Shown here in pieces: positions 36,684 to 45,776 of a stretch of 64,000 nucleotides of DNA. The stretch covers positions 23,003 to 87,002 of the forward strand of contig JAHDCV010000006.1 of assembly GCA_020629695.1 (NCBI GenBank). The letters are read 5' to 3'. The stretch is from Acidimicrobiales bacterium. Its GTDB lineage: Bacteria > Actinomycetota > Acidimicrobiia > Acidimicrobiales > SZUA-35. The notes beneath the pieces were generated by a model that saw only the letters and a program-made list of their open reading frames with translations, made no database searches and was not told where the DNA came from. The position numbers and the translations under genes are program-made. The first letter of the stretch is position 1; each line of letters starts with the position of its first letter.

Positions 36684-37877
36684 TCAGTCCGGTGCGGTGA
36701 TGCCGGCCTCGTCGAGGGCCTCGGTGACGGCCGAGAGCAGCCGGGCCGAGCAGCTCGCGATCTCGACCGGCGGCGCGAGTCGGTCGGCGATGTCGGCGGC
36801 GAGTGCCCGGAACGCCTCGGCTGCCGGACCTTCGCCGAGCGCGATCGGTTCACCGACGTCGCCGCCGGTCGACACCTCGGGTTCGATCGGGATCCGGGCC
36901 ACGAGTTCGACGTCGGCCGACTCGGCCAGTGCGGCGCCCCCGCCCGTGCCGAAGATGTGATGCTCCGACCCGTCGGGCGCGATGTAGACCGACATGTTCT
37001 CGACCACACCCACGACCCGGAGGAACGACTTCCGGGCCATCGTGACCGCTCGTTCGGCGACCTTCTGTGCGCCTCCGGCCGGTGTCGTGACGACGAGGAG
37101 CTCGGTGCGGGGCAGCATCGTGGCGAGCCCCATCGCCACATCACCCGTGCCCGGCGGCAGGTCGATCACGACGTAGTCGAGATCGGACGGCCAGGCGACG
37201 TCGTCGAGGAAGTGCTGGACGGCGCGGTTGAGCATGAGCCCGCGCCACATGAGGGCCGAGGCCTCGTCCTCCACGAGGAAGCCCATCGAGACGACCTCGA
37301 GGCGGCCGGGCCCGATGTCTCGACGGTGGGGCACGATGACCTTGCGGTCCCCTTCGGTGCGGGCTTCGAGCCGACCGGAGATCCCGAACATCCGCGGCAG
37401 CGAGAAGCCCCAGATGTCGGCATCGATGACCCCGACCACATGACCACGTGCCGCCAGGGCGACGGCGAGGTTGGCGGTGACCGACGACTTGCCGACCCCG
37501 CCCTTGCCCGACGCGATGCCGAGTACCTTCGCCGTCGGCGGGATCGCCGTCGCGTCGTCGTCGGCCCGGGCGTTCCAGCGGGCTCGCTTCATCGTCTCGG
37601 CCTTCTCCTCGGCCGACAGCACACCCCAGTCGATCGTGACCTTCTCGACACCGGGGAGACCCCCGACACGGACCTTGGCGTCGGCCGCGATCTGGGCTCG
37701 GAGCGGGCAGCCGGCGGTGGTCAACGAGACCTGGAGGGTGACGGTGCCGTCGTCGCCGACGGAGGCCGAGCGGGCCATACCGAGCTCGACGATGTCGGCG
37801 CCCAGCTCGGGATCGATCACGCCGCGCAACGTCTGCATGACGTCGTCGGCAGAGGGAAGGGGGGGTCCGTCGGCCAC
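36684..37877 (-). CDS. mrp: Mrp/ApbC (NBP35) Fe-S cluster carrier ATPase
   Basis: N-terminal DUF59 (VIDPELGADIVELG, TTAGCP), SGKGGVGKS, DADIWG, WRG, DLPPGTGD, VVENMS. Confidence 0.92.
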   Translation of the reverse strand: MADGPPLPSADDVMQTLRGVIDPELGADIVELGMARSASVGDDGTVTLQVSLTTAGCPLRAQIAADAKVRVGGLPGVEKVTIDWGVLSAEEKAETMKRARWNARADDDATAIPPTAKVLGIASGKGGVGKSSVTANLAVALAARGHVVGVIDADIWGFSLPRMFGISGRLEARTEGDRKVIVPHRRDIGPGRLEVVSMGFLVEDEASALMWRGLMLNRAVQHFLDDVAWPSDLDYVVIDLPPGTGDVAMGLATMLPRTELLVVTTPAGGAQKVAERAVTMARKSFLRVVGVVENMSVYIAPDGSEHHIFGTGGGAALAESADVELVARIPIEPEVSTGGDVGEPIALGEGPAAEAFRALAADIADRLAPPVEIASCSARLLSAVTEALDEAGITAPD

Positions 37878-38015
37878 GAGTGGAGGCTAACGCCCCGTGG
37901 TCGCGTGGCCCGGATCGGTGAGATGGTCCGCACCCCGGCTGTGCCCGGGGGTTCGTCGGGCCGTACAATGATCGGGCCGGCTGGTTGCCGTGCCCTGGAC
38001 CGAGAGGGACGCATC

Positions 38016-38339
38016 ATGATCACACTCACCGACGCCGCGACGACGAAGGTCGGCCAACTCCTCGAACAGGAGGGCGACGAGCGTCTCGCACTGCGGGTCG
38101 CCGTGCGCCCCGGTGGATGCTCCGGGTTCAGCTACGAGATGTTCTTCGACGCCGAGGCTGCGGACGATGACGTCCGCAAGGAGTTCGCCGAGGGGGTCGC
38201 CGTGGTCGTCGACCAGACCAGCGCGCAGCTGCTGACCGGCGCCACGCTCGACTACAAGGACGGCCTGAACCAGGCCGGTTTCGCCATCGACAACCCGAAC
38301 GCCCAGCGCACCTGCGGCTGCGGCCAGTCCTTCAGCTGA
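38016..38339 (+). CDS. A-type Fe-S carrier (HesB/IscA/ErpA)
   Basis: ITLTDAA, GGCSGFSY, NPNAQRTCGCGQSF. Confidence 0.93.
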   Translation: MITLTDAATTKVGQLLEQEGDERLALRVAVRPGGCSGFSYEMFFDAEAADDDVRKEFAEGVAVVVDQTSAQLLTGATLDYKDGLNQAGFAIDNPNAQRTCGCGQSFS

Positions 38340-38352
38340 ACACGGCGGTCGT

Positions 38353-39219
38353 TCAGGCGGCCGACAACCGGGCGAGCGCTTCGGCGAGTTCGCCCGCGGC
38401 CAGCGTGTGGTCGTAGCGATCGATGATCGAGCCGTCGCCGTCGACGAGATAGAGCGACGGCTCGAAGTCGAGCCCGAGATCGAGCACCGTCGGCGCGAGT
38501 TCGATGGCCGGATCGGCGATGTTGCCGTTGACGGTGTCGGTGTTGGCGTAGACCTCCACGTGGATCGGGAGCACGTCGGGATGATCCGGGACGGCGTCGA
38601 TGAGGTCTTCGAGGATCGGTCCGCACCAGAAGGTCTGGCAGAACGCCGGGGTCGCCACCAACACGGCGAGCTTCTGACCGGACCCCACGACCGTCGCCAG
38701 ATCGGTCTCGTGGAATCCGCAGCCCTCGAACCGGGTGCAGATCCGCTCGACCCCGAGCGTGTTCGACGGCGTCGGTGACGCGATCGCGGGGAGCGAGTCC
38801 CCGGCTCCGAGGCCCAGCACCTCGGACCGGTCGAAGGCCTGGACGAACTGCACGATCTCGGTGCCGTCGATGTCGGTGACGAGTTCGAAGATCCCGGGTT
38901 CGGGCAGGGTCGTCCGCACCGGGTAATAGAGGCGCGGCGCGTCGCCGTAGGCGGCGACGGTGACCGTCTCGATGGTCGCCCCGGAGCCGTCACGGATCTC
39001 GAAGGTCAGCTCGGGCGGGCCGGACACGCTCGTCGTGCCGTTGCTGAGCAGCCCGATCGGCAGTCGCTCCCGGCGCCCCGCGGCCACGGCCCGGTTGGAT
39101 GAGAACAGCGCCTGCAGCTCCGTCGTGGAGCCGCTCGTGCCGGGCGAGTCGGAGCCGGTGCAGGCGCCGAGCACCAGCGCCCCGGCCCCGAGGAGGAACG
39201 TACGACGGTCGAGGGTCAC
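38353..39219 (-). CDS. Tat-exported lipoprotein with thioredoxin-like C-terminal domain
   Basis: DRRTFLLG Tat motif and LGAC lipobox; Cys pairs ICTRFEGC and TPAFCQTFWCGP; EPSLYLVDGDGSI. Confidence 0.75.
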   Translation of the reverse strand: MTLDRRTFLLGAGALVLGACTGSDSPGTSGSTTELQALFSSNRAVAAGRRERLPIGLLSNGTTSVSGPPELTFEIRDGSGATIETVTVAAYGDAPRLYYPVRTTLPEPGIFELVTDIDGTEIVQFVQAFDRSEVLGLGAGDSLPAIASPTPSNTLGVERICTRFEGCGFHETDLATVVGSGQKLAVLVATPAFCQTFWCGPILEDLIDAVPDHPDVLPIHVEVYANTDTVNGNIADPAIELAPTVLDLGLDFEPSLYLVDGDGSIIDRYDHTLAAGELAEALARLSAA

Positions 39220-39243
39220 GGGCGCGAACCTATCCTCGGCCGG

Positions 39244-40842
39244 ATGGTCGTCGAAGGTCACCCCACACCACCGCGTCGCACGGCGACCGTCGACGGTCGC
39301 ATCGTCGAGATCCCGGACGAACCGATGAGCCTGCTCGACCTCGTCCGGGACGTCGCGGGGGTGCGATCGGCGAAGGACGGCTGCAGTCCCCAGGGTCAGT
39401 GCGGCTGCTGCACCGTGCTGGTCGACGGCGCGGCGCGTGTCGCCTGCGTCACCCCGGCGCGTCGTGTGGCCGGGCGGGACGTGACGACGTTCGAGGGTCT
39501 GGCCGCCGACCGCCGAGCGGCATGGTGTGACGCACTCGTGGCGACGGGCGGCACCCAGTGCGGTTTCTGCACCCCGGGCATCGCCGTCCGGCTCGAGGCG
39601 GCGGCTGCGGGCGGCGCGGATCTGGCGGACCGGGCCACGGTCGATCGGCAACTCCTCGCCCACCTGTGCCGTTGCACCGGATGGCAGACGATCCGGGAAG
39701 CGGCCGAACGTGTGGCGGTCGGGCAACCGGTCGACCTCGGCGGTCGAGACCTGGGTGCTGCGGCTCGGCGGGCGGCCCTCGAAGGTGGTGCCGCACAGTC
39801 GGTGGGTCCGGATGTCGCCGCCGGCGGAGGTGGCTTCCCGGCCGACACCGCACCCGACGACGCGCTGGTGGCGGTGCCGTCGGCCGACGGTGGATGGGTC
39901 GTCGCCGAGACCGTCGCGGCCGCACGGCTGGCCTCGGGCAAGGTGCAGGGCCGGCGGACGACCCAGGGGCACCGGTGGCCGCTCGAGCTCCCCGAAGGGT
40001 CCTTCGTCGCCACGCTCCAGACCACGTGGACCGAGCCGGCGGCGCTCGAGACCGATGCCGCCTGGTGCCGGCCGGGAGCGACGCCGGTCGGTCCGATCGT
40101 CAACGGGGGAGCGTTCGGCGCCAAGGTCGACTCGCCGGTGGCAGATGCCGCCCGACGGCTCGCCGATGAACACGGCCGGGCCGTGCTCGCGATCTGGAGC
40201 CGGGAGGACGCCGTCACGCAGGGCCCGAAGCGGCCACCACTGGCGGCGGGTGTCCGGGCCGACGGGTCCGGCATCGTGCGACTCGTCCGGACCGCCGGTG
40301 CTCGGGACCTCGTCGCCGATCTCCTCCCGGACTGGGACATCGACGAGGTCGACGTCGCCGGCCCGCCGACATCGGTCGAACTCCGCGGGGCGATCGCGGT
40401 CGAGCTCCTGGCGCTCGCCTCCGCGGCCGGCCGCCGGGTGGACCAGCCCGGCGGAGCTCGTGCCACGGCGATGGTCCTCGACGGCGGGCTGCGCATCGAG
40501 GTCGATGCGGGTGACCCGCTCGACGAGACGGTGCTGCGGTCCTACGTGATCGGCGCCGCGCACGCAGCGTGGTCGCTCGTCACCTCCGAGGCCCTGACGG
40601 TGGACGAACACGGCGACGTGCTCGACCTGACGGTTCGGAGCTTCGGCCTCAGCCGTGCGGTCGACACCCCGGAGTTCGACGTCGTGCTCGTGCCCTCGGA
40701 CCGGCCATCGGTCTCCTCGCAGCTGGCCGTGATGGTCGCGGTCGCCGAGGCCGTCTGGAGCGCCGCCGGACGGCCGGGACGGTGGCCGATCAGCCAGGAC
40801 GAACTCGGGCGAGTGTCGGCCCGTCGGGAACCCAGCTTGTAG
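39244..40842 (+). CDS. 2x[2Fe-2S] domain fused to a shortened xanthine-oxidase-family molybdopterin domain
   Basis: KDGCSPQGQCGCCT..AC, QCGFCTPG, LCRCTG; GGAFGAK, WSRED, KRPP; only 532 aa. Confidence 0.8.
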   Translation: MVVEGHPTPPRRTATVDGRIVEIPDEPMSLLDLVRDVAGVRSAKDGCSPQGQCGCCTVLVDGAARVACVTPARRVAGRDVTTFEGLAADRRAAWCDALVATGGTQCGFCTPGIAVRLEAAAAGGADLADRATVDRQLLAHLCRCTGWQTIREAAERVAVGQPVDLGGRDLGAAARRAALEGGAAQSVGPDVAAGGGGFPADTAPDDALVAVPSADGGWVVAETVAAARLASGKVQGRRTTQGHRWPLELPEGSFVATLQTTWTEPAALETDAAWCRPGATPVGPIVNGGAFGAKVDSPVADAARRLADEHGRAVLAIWSREDAVTQGPKRPPLAAGVRADGSGIVRLVRTAGARDLVADLLPDWDIDEVDVAGPPTSVELRGAIAVELLALASAAGRRVDQPGGARATAMVLDGGLRIEVDAGDPLDETVLRSYVIGAAHAAWSLVTSEALTVDEHGDVLDLTVRSFGLSRAVDTPEFDVVLVPSDRPSVSSQLAVMVAVAEAVWSAAGRPGRWPISQDELGRVSARREPSL

Positions 40843-40853
40843 TGTCCGCGGAC

Positions 40854-41204
40854 ATGAGCAAGCCCGTCGGTCCCTACTCACCCGTCCTCCGCGCCGGAGC
40901 GCTGCTGTTCACCGCCGGCCAGGTCGGCATCGTCGACGGCGCACTGGTCGACGGCGGCCTCGCCGCCCAGGCCGACCAGGCCCTCGCCAACCTCCGAGCG
41001 GTGCTCGACTCCGAGGGAGCGACGCTCGACGACGTCGTCAAGACGACGGTCTTCCTGACCACGATGGACGACTACGCCGAGATGAACGAGCGCTACCTCG
41101 CGGCCTTCGGTGAGCATCGGCCGGCCCGATCGGCCGTTGCCGTGCACCAGCTCCCCCTGGGGGCTCGGATCGAGATCGAGGCCGTCGCACACATCGCCGA
41201 CTGA
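40854..41204 (+). CDS. RidA (YjgF/UK114) enamine/imine deaminase
   Basis: GPYS, AGQVG, VVKTTVFL, MNERY, PARSAV, LPLGARIEIEAVA. Confidence 0.92.
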   Translation: MSKPVGPYSPVLRAGALLFTAGQVGIVDGALVDGGLAAQADQALANLRAVLDSEGATLDDVVKTTVFLTTMDDYAEMNERYLAAFGEHRPARSAVAVHQLPLGARIEIEAVAHIAD

Positions 41205-41265
41205 TTCCGGCCCTGCTGTCCGGCCGGGGGTCGCCGGGAGCGGCGTGGTCTGGCACACTTGCCGG

Positions 41266-41424
41266 GTGATCGAAGCCGCCATCATCGCCGTCGTCGTCGT
41301 GGTCCTGATTCCCGTGGGATTCCTGATGTCGACCTCCATCGCGGCCGGCGTGCTCGGCTTCCTCCTCAAGAGCGACGCCGAGGACCGCCACGCCGATTCC
41401 GAGCTGCTCGAAACGAACCGCTGA
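41266..41424 (+). CDS. Small membrane protein (52 aa)
   Basis: VIEAAIIAVVVVVLIPVGFLMS...HADSELLETNR; strong GC3 bias; fills the gap. Confidence 0.65.
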   Translation: MIEAAIIAVVVVVLIPVGFLMSTSIAAGVLGFLLKSDAEDRHADSELLETNR

Positions 41425-41425
41425 C

Positions 41426-42457
41426 GTGCTGGTCGTCCGATCCGACGACCACCGCGCCCACCACAGCCTGGAGCTCGACGGCGGGCGTCTCATCCCTTCC
41501 TGGGAGGGACCCGACCGAGCCGAGCGGGTCGAGTCGGCCCTGGCCGAACGTGGGTACCGGCGGACCCGGCATGCGCTGCCGGTTTCGGCCGAGGTTCTCG
41601 CGTCCGTGCACAGCCCGGCCTATCTCGAGTTCCTCGTGACCTGTTGGACCCGCTGGGCCGAGACCCACGACGGACCCGCGGCCATGGGGTTCGCCTGGCC
41701 AGCGCGGGGATTCCGCTCCCGCCGCCCGGAGGACCTCGAAGGCCAGCTGGGGTTCCACTCGTTCGCCGCCGACTGTTCGATCACCGAGCACACGTGGCTC
41801 GCGGCCCGGGCCTCGGCCTCCGTGGCGGCCACGGCGGCCCGAGCGGTCGTGGACGGCGAAGCCAGTGCATTCGCCCTGTGTCGACCGCCGGGTCACCACG
41901 CCACCGCTGATCAGTTCGGCGGCTACTGCTATCTGAACAACGCCGCGGTCGCCGTCGAGGTGCTCCGCCGCGGCGGTGCGGACCGGGTTGGTGTCCTGGA
42001 CATCGACTACCACCACGGGAACGGCACGCAGGCGATCTTCTATCACCGCGCCGACGTGCCGGTGATCTCGATCCACGCCGATCCGGTCCAGGCCTTCCCG
42101 TGGTTCTCCGGGCATGACGACGAGCTCGGCGCCGGGGCGGGCGAGGGCTGGAATCGCAACTTCCCGTTGCCGGACGGAACCGGAGCGGATCGTTGGCTCG
42201 ACGTCCTCGAGCTGGCGCTCGTGGCCCTCGAGGGTGCGGAGCTCGATGCCCTGGTGGTCTCGACCGGCGTGGACACCTATGAGGGCGATCCGATCTCCCA
42301 CTTCCGCCTCCAGAGTGACGACTTCTTTCGCGTCGGCGCCGCGATCGCGACGGCGCAGCTGCCGACGGTGTTCGTGCTCGAGGGGGGTTACGCGACCGAG
42401 CAACTCGGTACCAACGTCGTCAATATTCTCGATGGCTTCGGCGATCCGCAGAGCTAG
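41426..42457 (+). CDS. Histone deacetylase family, acetylpolyamine amidohydrolase-like
   Basis: ALCRPPGHHA, GGYCYLNN, LDIDYHHGNGTQ, SIHADP, GVDTYEGDP, VLEGGY. Confidence 0.9.
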   Translation: MLVVRSDDHRAHHSLELDGGRLIPSWEGPDRAERVESALAERGYRRTRHALPVSAEVLASVHSPAYLEFLVTCWTRWAETHDGPAAMGFAWPARGFRSRRPEDLEGQLGFHSFAADCSITEHTWLAARASASVAATAARAVVDGEASAFALCRPPGHHATADQFGGYCYLNNAAVAVEVLRRGGADRVGVLDIDYHHGNGTQAIFYHRADVPVISIHADPVQAFPWFSGHDDELGAGAGEGWNRNFPLPDGTGADRWLDVLELALVALEGAELDALVVSTGVDTYEGDPISHFRLQSDDFFRVGAAIATAQLPTVFVLEGGYATEQLGTNVVNILDGFGDPQS

Positions 42458-42490
42458 CGTCGATCCGTCCAGACGCTCAAAGGACCGCGC

Positions 42491-43747
42491 GTGATCGACC
42501 TCAAGAGACTCCGGGAAGACGCTGACTACCGCCATGGGGCGGAGGCCAAGGGGGCATCCGCCTCCTCGATCGACGAGCTGCTCGCAGCCGACGAGGCAGC
42601 GAGGGCCCAGCGGACCACGACCGAGCAGCTCCGGGCGGAGGCCAATGCCGCTTCCAAGGCGATCGGCAAGGCCGATCCGGCCGAGCGCCCCGCGGCGATC
42701 GAAGCCGCACAGGGGTTGAAGACCGGTCTGAAGACCGCGGAGGACGCACTCGAAGCCGCCGACGCCTCGGTGGCGGAGCTGATCCTGACCATCCCGAACC
42801 CGGCACACCCGTCGGTGCCCGTCGGTGGTGAGGACGACTTCCGGGTCGAGACCGTCGTCGGTGAGGCCGGCCCTGCACCGTTGTTCTCCCACGGGGAGCT
42901 CGGTGAACGCCTCGGCATCGTCGACACCGAGCGGGCGGTCCGGATGTCGGGCAGCCGTTTCGCGTACGTGCTCGGCGACGCCGTCCGACTGCAGTTCGCG
43001 CTCGTGCAGTGGACGATGGCATTGCTTGCCGAGGACGGCTTCGTACCCGTCGTGACACCCGTGCTCGTGCGTGAGGACATGATGGTGGACGCCGGCTTCT
43101 TCCCGACCGACCGGAATCAGGTCTACGAGCTCGAACAGGACGAGCTGTTCCTCGTCGGCACCGCGGAGGTCGGGCTCGCCGGACTGCACCGGGGAGAGCG
43201 GCTCGATGCCGAGTCGTTGCCGGCGCGCTACGTCGGCTACTCGTCGTGCTTCCGTCGCGAGGCCGGGACCTACGGCAAGGACACCAGCGGGTTGTTCCGC
43301 GTCCACCAGTTCGACAAGGTCGAGATGTTCGTCTACTCGGATCCCGAGAATTCGTGGGACGAACTCGAACTTCTTCGCGCCCGTCAGGAGCAGATCGTCG
43401 GGTCGCTCGGTCTGCCGTATCGCGTGATCACCGTGGCGTCCGGCGACCTGGGCGCCGCGGCGGCGAAGAAGTACGACCTCGAGGTCTGGTTGCCCTCTGA
43501 ACAGCGGTATCGCGAGATCACCTCGTGCTCGAACTACACCGACTACTCGGCCCGACGAATGGGGTCACGTGTGAAGGGTGAACACGGCACCGAGGTGCTG
43601 CACACGCTGAACGGCACGGCCTGCGCGATCGGCCGCACGATGTTGTTTCTCATGGAGAACGCGCAGGATGCCGATGGAATGGTCGCGGTACCGGAGGTTC
43701 TCCGGCCGTACTGCGGGGGCCTGGAGCAGCTTCGCCCGGTCCGCTGA
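42491..43747 (+). CDS. serS: Serine--tRNA ligase
   Basis: N-terminal coiled coil, GTAEV, CFRREAG, RVHQFDKVE, EITSCSN, HTLNGTA. Confidence 0.96.
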   Translation: MIDLKRLREDADYRHGAEAKGASASSIDELLAADEAARAQRTTTEQLRAEANAASKAIGKADPAERPAAIEAAQGLKTGLKTAEDALEAADASVAELILTIPNPAHPSVPVGGEDDFRVETVVGEAGPAPLFSHGELGERLGIVDTERAVRMSGSRFAYVLGDAVRLQFALVQWTMALLAEDGFVPVVTPVLVREDMMVDAGFFPTDRNQVYELEQDELFLVGTAEVGLAGLHRGERLDAESLPARYVGYSSCFRREAGTYGKDTSGLFRVHQFDKVEMFVYSDPENSWDELELLRARQEQIVGSLGLPYRVITVASGDLGAAAAKKYDLEVWLPSEQRYREITSCSNYTDYSARRMGSRVKGEHGTEVLHTLNGTACAIGRTMLFLMENAQDADGMVAVPEVLRPYCGGLEQLRPVR

Positions 43748-43807
43748 GCCCACCGCATCACTGAACCCATCCCTGCGAGATCGTCAACGACGCCGATCGG
43801 AGCATCC

Positions 43808-45082
43808 ATGTCCAGCAATGCCTCGACCCATGCCGGGTCGTCCCTGCACCGCCAGGCGGTCACCCAGATCGCTCGCGGTGCCGACCTGATCGGGCTCGCA
43901 CCCCAATACCGGGCGATCCTCGGTGAACCCAAGAACGAGGTCATCGTCAACTTCCCGGTCCAGATGGACGACGGTTCGTGGCAGTCGGTCCGGGGATATC
44001 GGATCCAGCACAACAACATCCTCGGACCCTTCAAGGGCGGGATGCGGTTCGACCCGGGCGTCGATCTCGACGAGGTCAAGGCCCTGGCCGCCTGGATGAC
44101 GATCAAGTGCGCCCTCGTCGACCTGCCCCTCGGCGGGGCCAAGGGCGGAGTCGCGATCGATCCCTTTGCGCTCTCCGAGGACGAACTCCGTCGGGTCGTG
44201 CGTCGTTTCACCGCCGCACTCGGATCCAACATCGGACCCGAGCACGACATCCCGGCACCGGACATGGGCACCGACGCCCGCGTCATGGACTGGATGATGG
44301 ACACCTATGCGAACATGAGCGGTCCGGAGCGACGGAACTCGGTCAAGGGTGTCGTCACGGGCAAGTCGCTCATCTGTGGTGGCTCGGTCGGCCGGGTCGA
44401 AGCGACCGGCCGCGGCGTGCTCTACGCGCTCCGCCACTGGTGCGGCGAACACGATCGGGTGCTCGACGGCATGGAGATCGTGGTCCAGGGCTTCGGCAAC
44501 GTGGGTCGCCACTTCGCCCGTCTGGCCGCGGAGTCCGGCGCTCGGATCATCGCCGTCGGTGACCACACCGGCGCGATCGGCGATCCGTCCGGGCTCGATG
44601 TGCTGAAGCTCGGGATGTACGTCGACGAACACCGCGGTGTCGCCGGGTTCGGGGCGGCCGACCACATCGACGACCTGTTCTCGGTGAAGGCCGACGTCGT
44701 GGCGCCCTGCGCGCTCGAGAACCAGATCACCGCCGATGTCGCCCGCACGCTCTCCTGCGACGTGATCGTCGAAGGCGCGAACGGTCCGACCACACCCGAC
44801 GCCGATGCGATCCTCGCCGACCGCGGGATCCAGGTCGTGCCGGATGTGCTCGCCAACGCCGGCGGCGTGATCGTCAGCTACTTCGAGTGGCTGCAGAACC
44901 GGTCGGCTCGCGCCTGGTCGGCCGAGGACGTCGACGAGCGGCAGCGGTCCATCATGTGGGCAGCGGCCGATGCCGTGTCATGCGCCGCCGCGGAGCACGG
45001 TGTCAGCTATCGGGACGCCGCCTACGCCGTGGCGCTCCGGCGTCTCGCCGACACCTACGACCGTCGCGGCATCTTCCCCTAG
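43808..45082 (+). CDS. gdhA: Glu/Leu/Phe/Val dehydrogenase (glutamate dehydrogenase-like)
   Basis: GPFKGGMRF, GGAKGG, DIPAPDMGT, VTGK, QGFGNVG, EGANGP, NAGGVIVSYFEW. Confidence 0.9.
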   Translation: MSSNASTHAGSSLHRQAVTQIARGADLIGLAPQYRAILGEPKNEVIVNFPVQMDDGSWQSVRGYRIQHNNILGPFKGGMRFDPGVDLDEVKALAAWMTIKCALVDLPLGGAKGGVAIDPFALSEDELRRVVRRFTAALGSNIGPEHDIPAPDMGTDARVMDWMMDTYANMSGPERRNSVKGVVTGKSLICGGSVGRVEATGRGVLYALRHWCGEHDRVLDGMEIVVQGFGNVGRHFARLAAESGARIIAVGDHTGAIGDPSGLDVLKLGMYVDEHRGVAGFGAADHIDDLFSVKADVVAPCALENQITADVARTLSCDVIVEGANGPTTPDADAILADRGIQVVPDVLANAGGVIVSYFEWLQNRSARAWSAEDVDERQRSIMWAAADAVSCAAAEHGVSYRDAAYAVALRRLADTYDRRGIFP

Positions 45083-45086
45083 GGAT

Positions 45087-45776
45087 CTACTCGGTCGCCC
45101 AACGGGACTGGCCGAGCTTGTACCCGACCGATCGCACGGTCTGGATCAGATGCGCGTGTTCATGGCCGAGCTTCGCTCTGAGGCGTCGCACATGGACGTC
45201 GACCGTGCGCGCCCCGCCGTAGTACTCATAACCCCAGACCCGGTTGAGGAGCGTCTCGCGGGTGAAGACCTTCCCGGGGTGCGACGCCAGGAACTTCAGG
45301 AGCTCGTACTCCATGTAGGTCAGGTCGAGCGGGTTTCCGTTCACGGCGGCCTGATACGTCTCGAGGTTGAGTTGCAACGGTCCGTACTCGACCAACTCCG
45401 GTCGGACACCTTTGCCGGCACGCCACATCAGATGTCGGAGCCGGGCTTCCAGTTCGCGCGGGTGGAACGGGGCGATCATGAAGTCGTCGAAGAGCTCGTG
45501 TCGGGTCTCGAGGTCGTCGAGTTGTGAACCGGAGACGAGCACGAGCAGCGGCTCGACCGGTACATCCCGTCGGCGCAGCTCCCGGCACAGCAGCCAGGCG
45601 GTCTCGCCGTGCTCGCTCACGTCGATGATGGCCCCGGCGAACCCCGCGTCGGGTTCGGCGTCGGCGACGGCACTGACCGATTCCGCGGCGACCCAGGCAT
45701 GGCCGGACAGGTCGAGCGTGCGAACGAGTTCCGGTCCCGCGGGATCGGGGTACAGGAGGAGCGGTGTGGTCACCAT
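45087..45776 (-). CDS. glnR: OmpR-family regulator, GlnR-like
   Basis: C-terminal LDLTYMEYELLKFLA.HPG.VFTRE.LL..VWGY.YYGG.RTVDVHVRRLRAKLG matches GlnR; atypical receiver; sits among GS genes. Confidence 0.8.
   Translation of the reverse strand: MVTTPLLLYPDPAGPELVRTLDLSGHAWVAAESVSAVADAEPDAGFAGAIIDVSEHGETAWLLCRELRRRDVPVEPLLVLVSGSQLDDLETRHELFDDFMIAPFHPRELEARLRHLMWRAGKGVRPELVEYGPLQLNLETYQAAVNGNPLDLTYMEYELLKFLASHPGKVFTRETLLNRVWGYEYYGGARTVDVHVRRLRAKLGHEHAHLIQTVRSVGYKLGQSRWATE

Noticed and set aside
38016-38339. HesB-like selenoprotein candidate
   Set aside because: All conserved positions are Cys codons and the TGA follows the normal CGCGxSF end.
39220-40881. Apparent 842-aa fusion ending in the thioredoxin-like lipoprotein
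   Set aside because: The upstream part is antisense to the Fe-S/Mo gene; the Tat signal and -10 element place the start at 39219.
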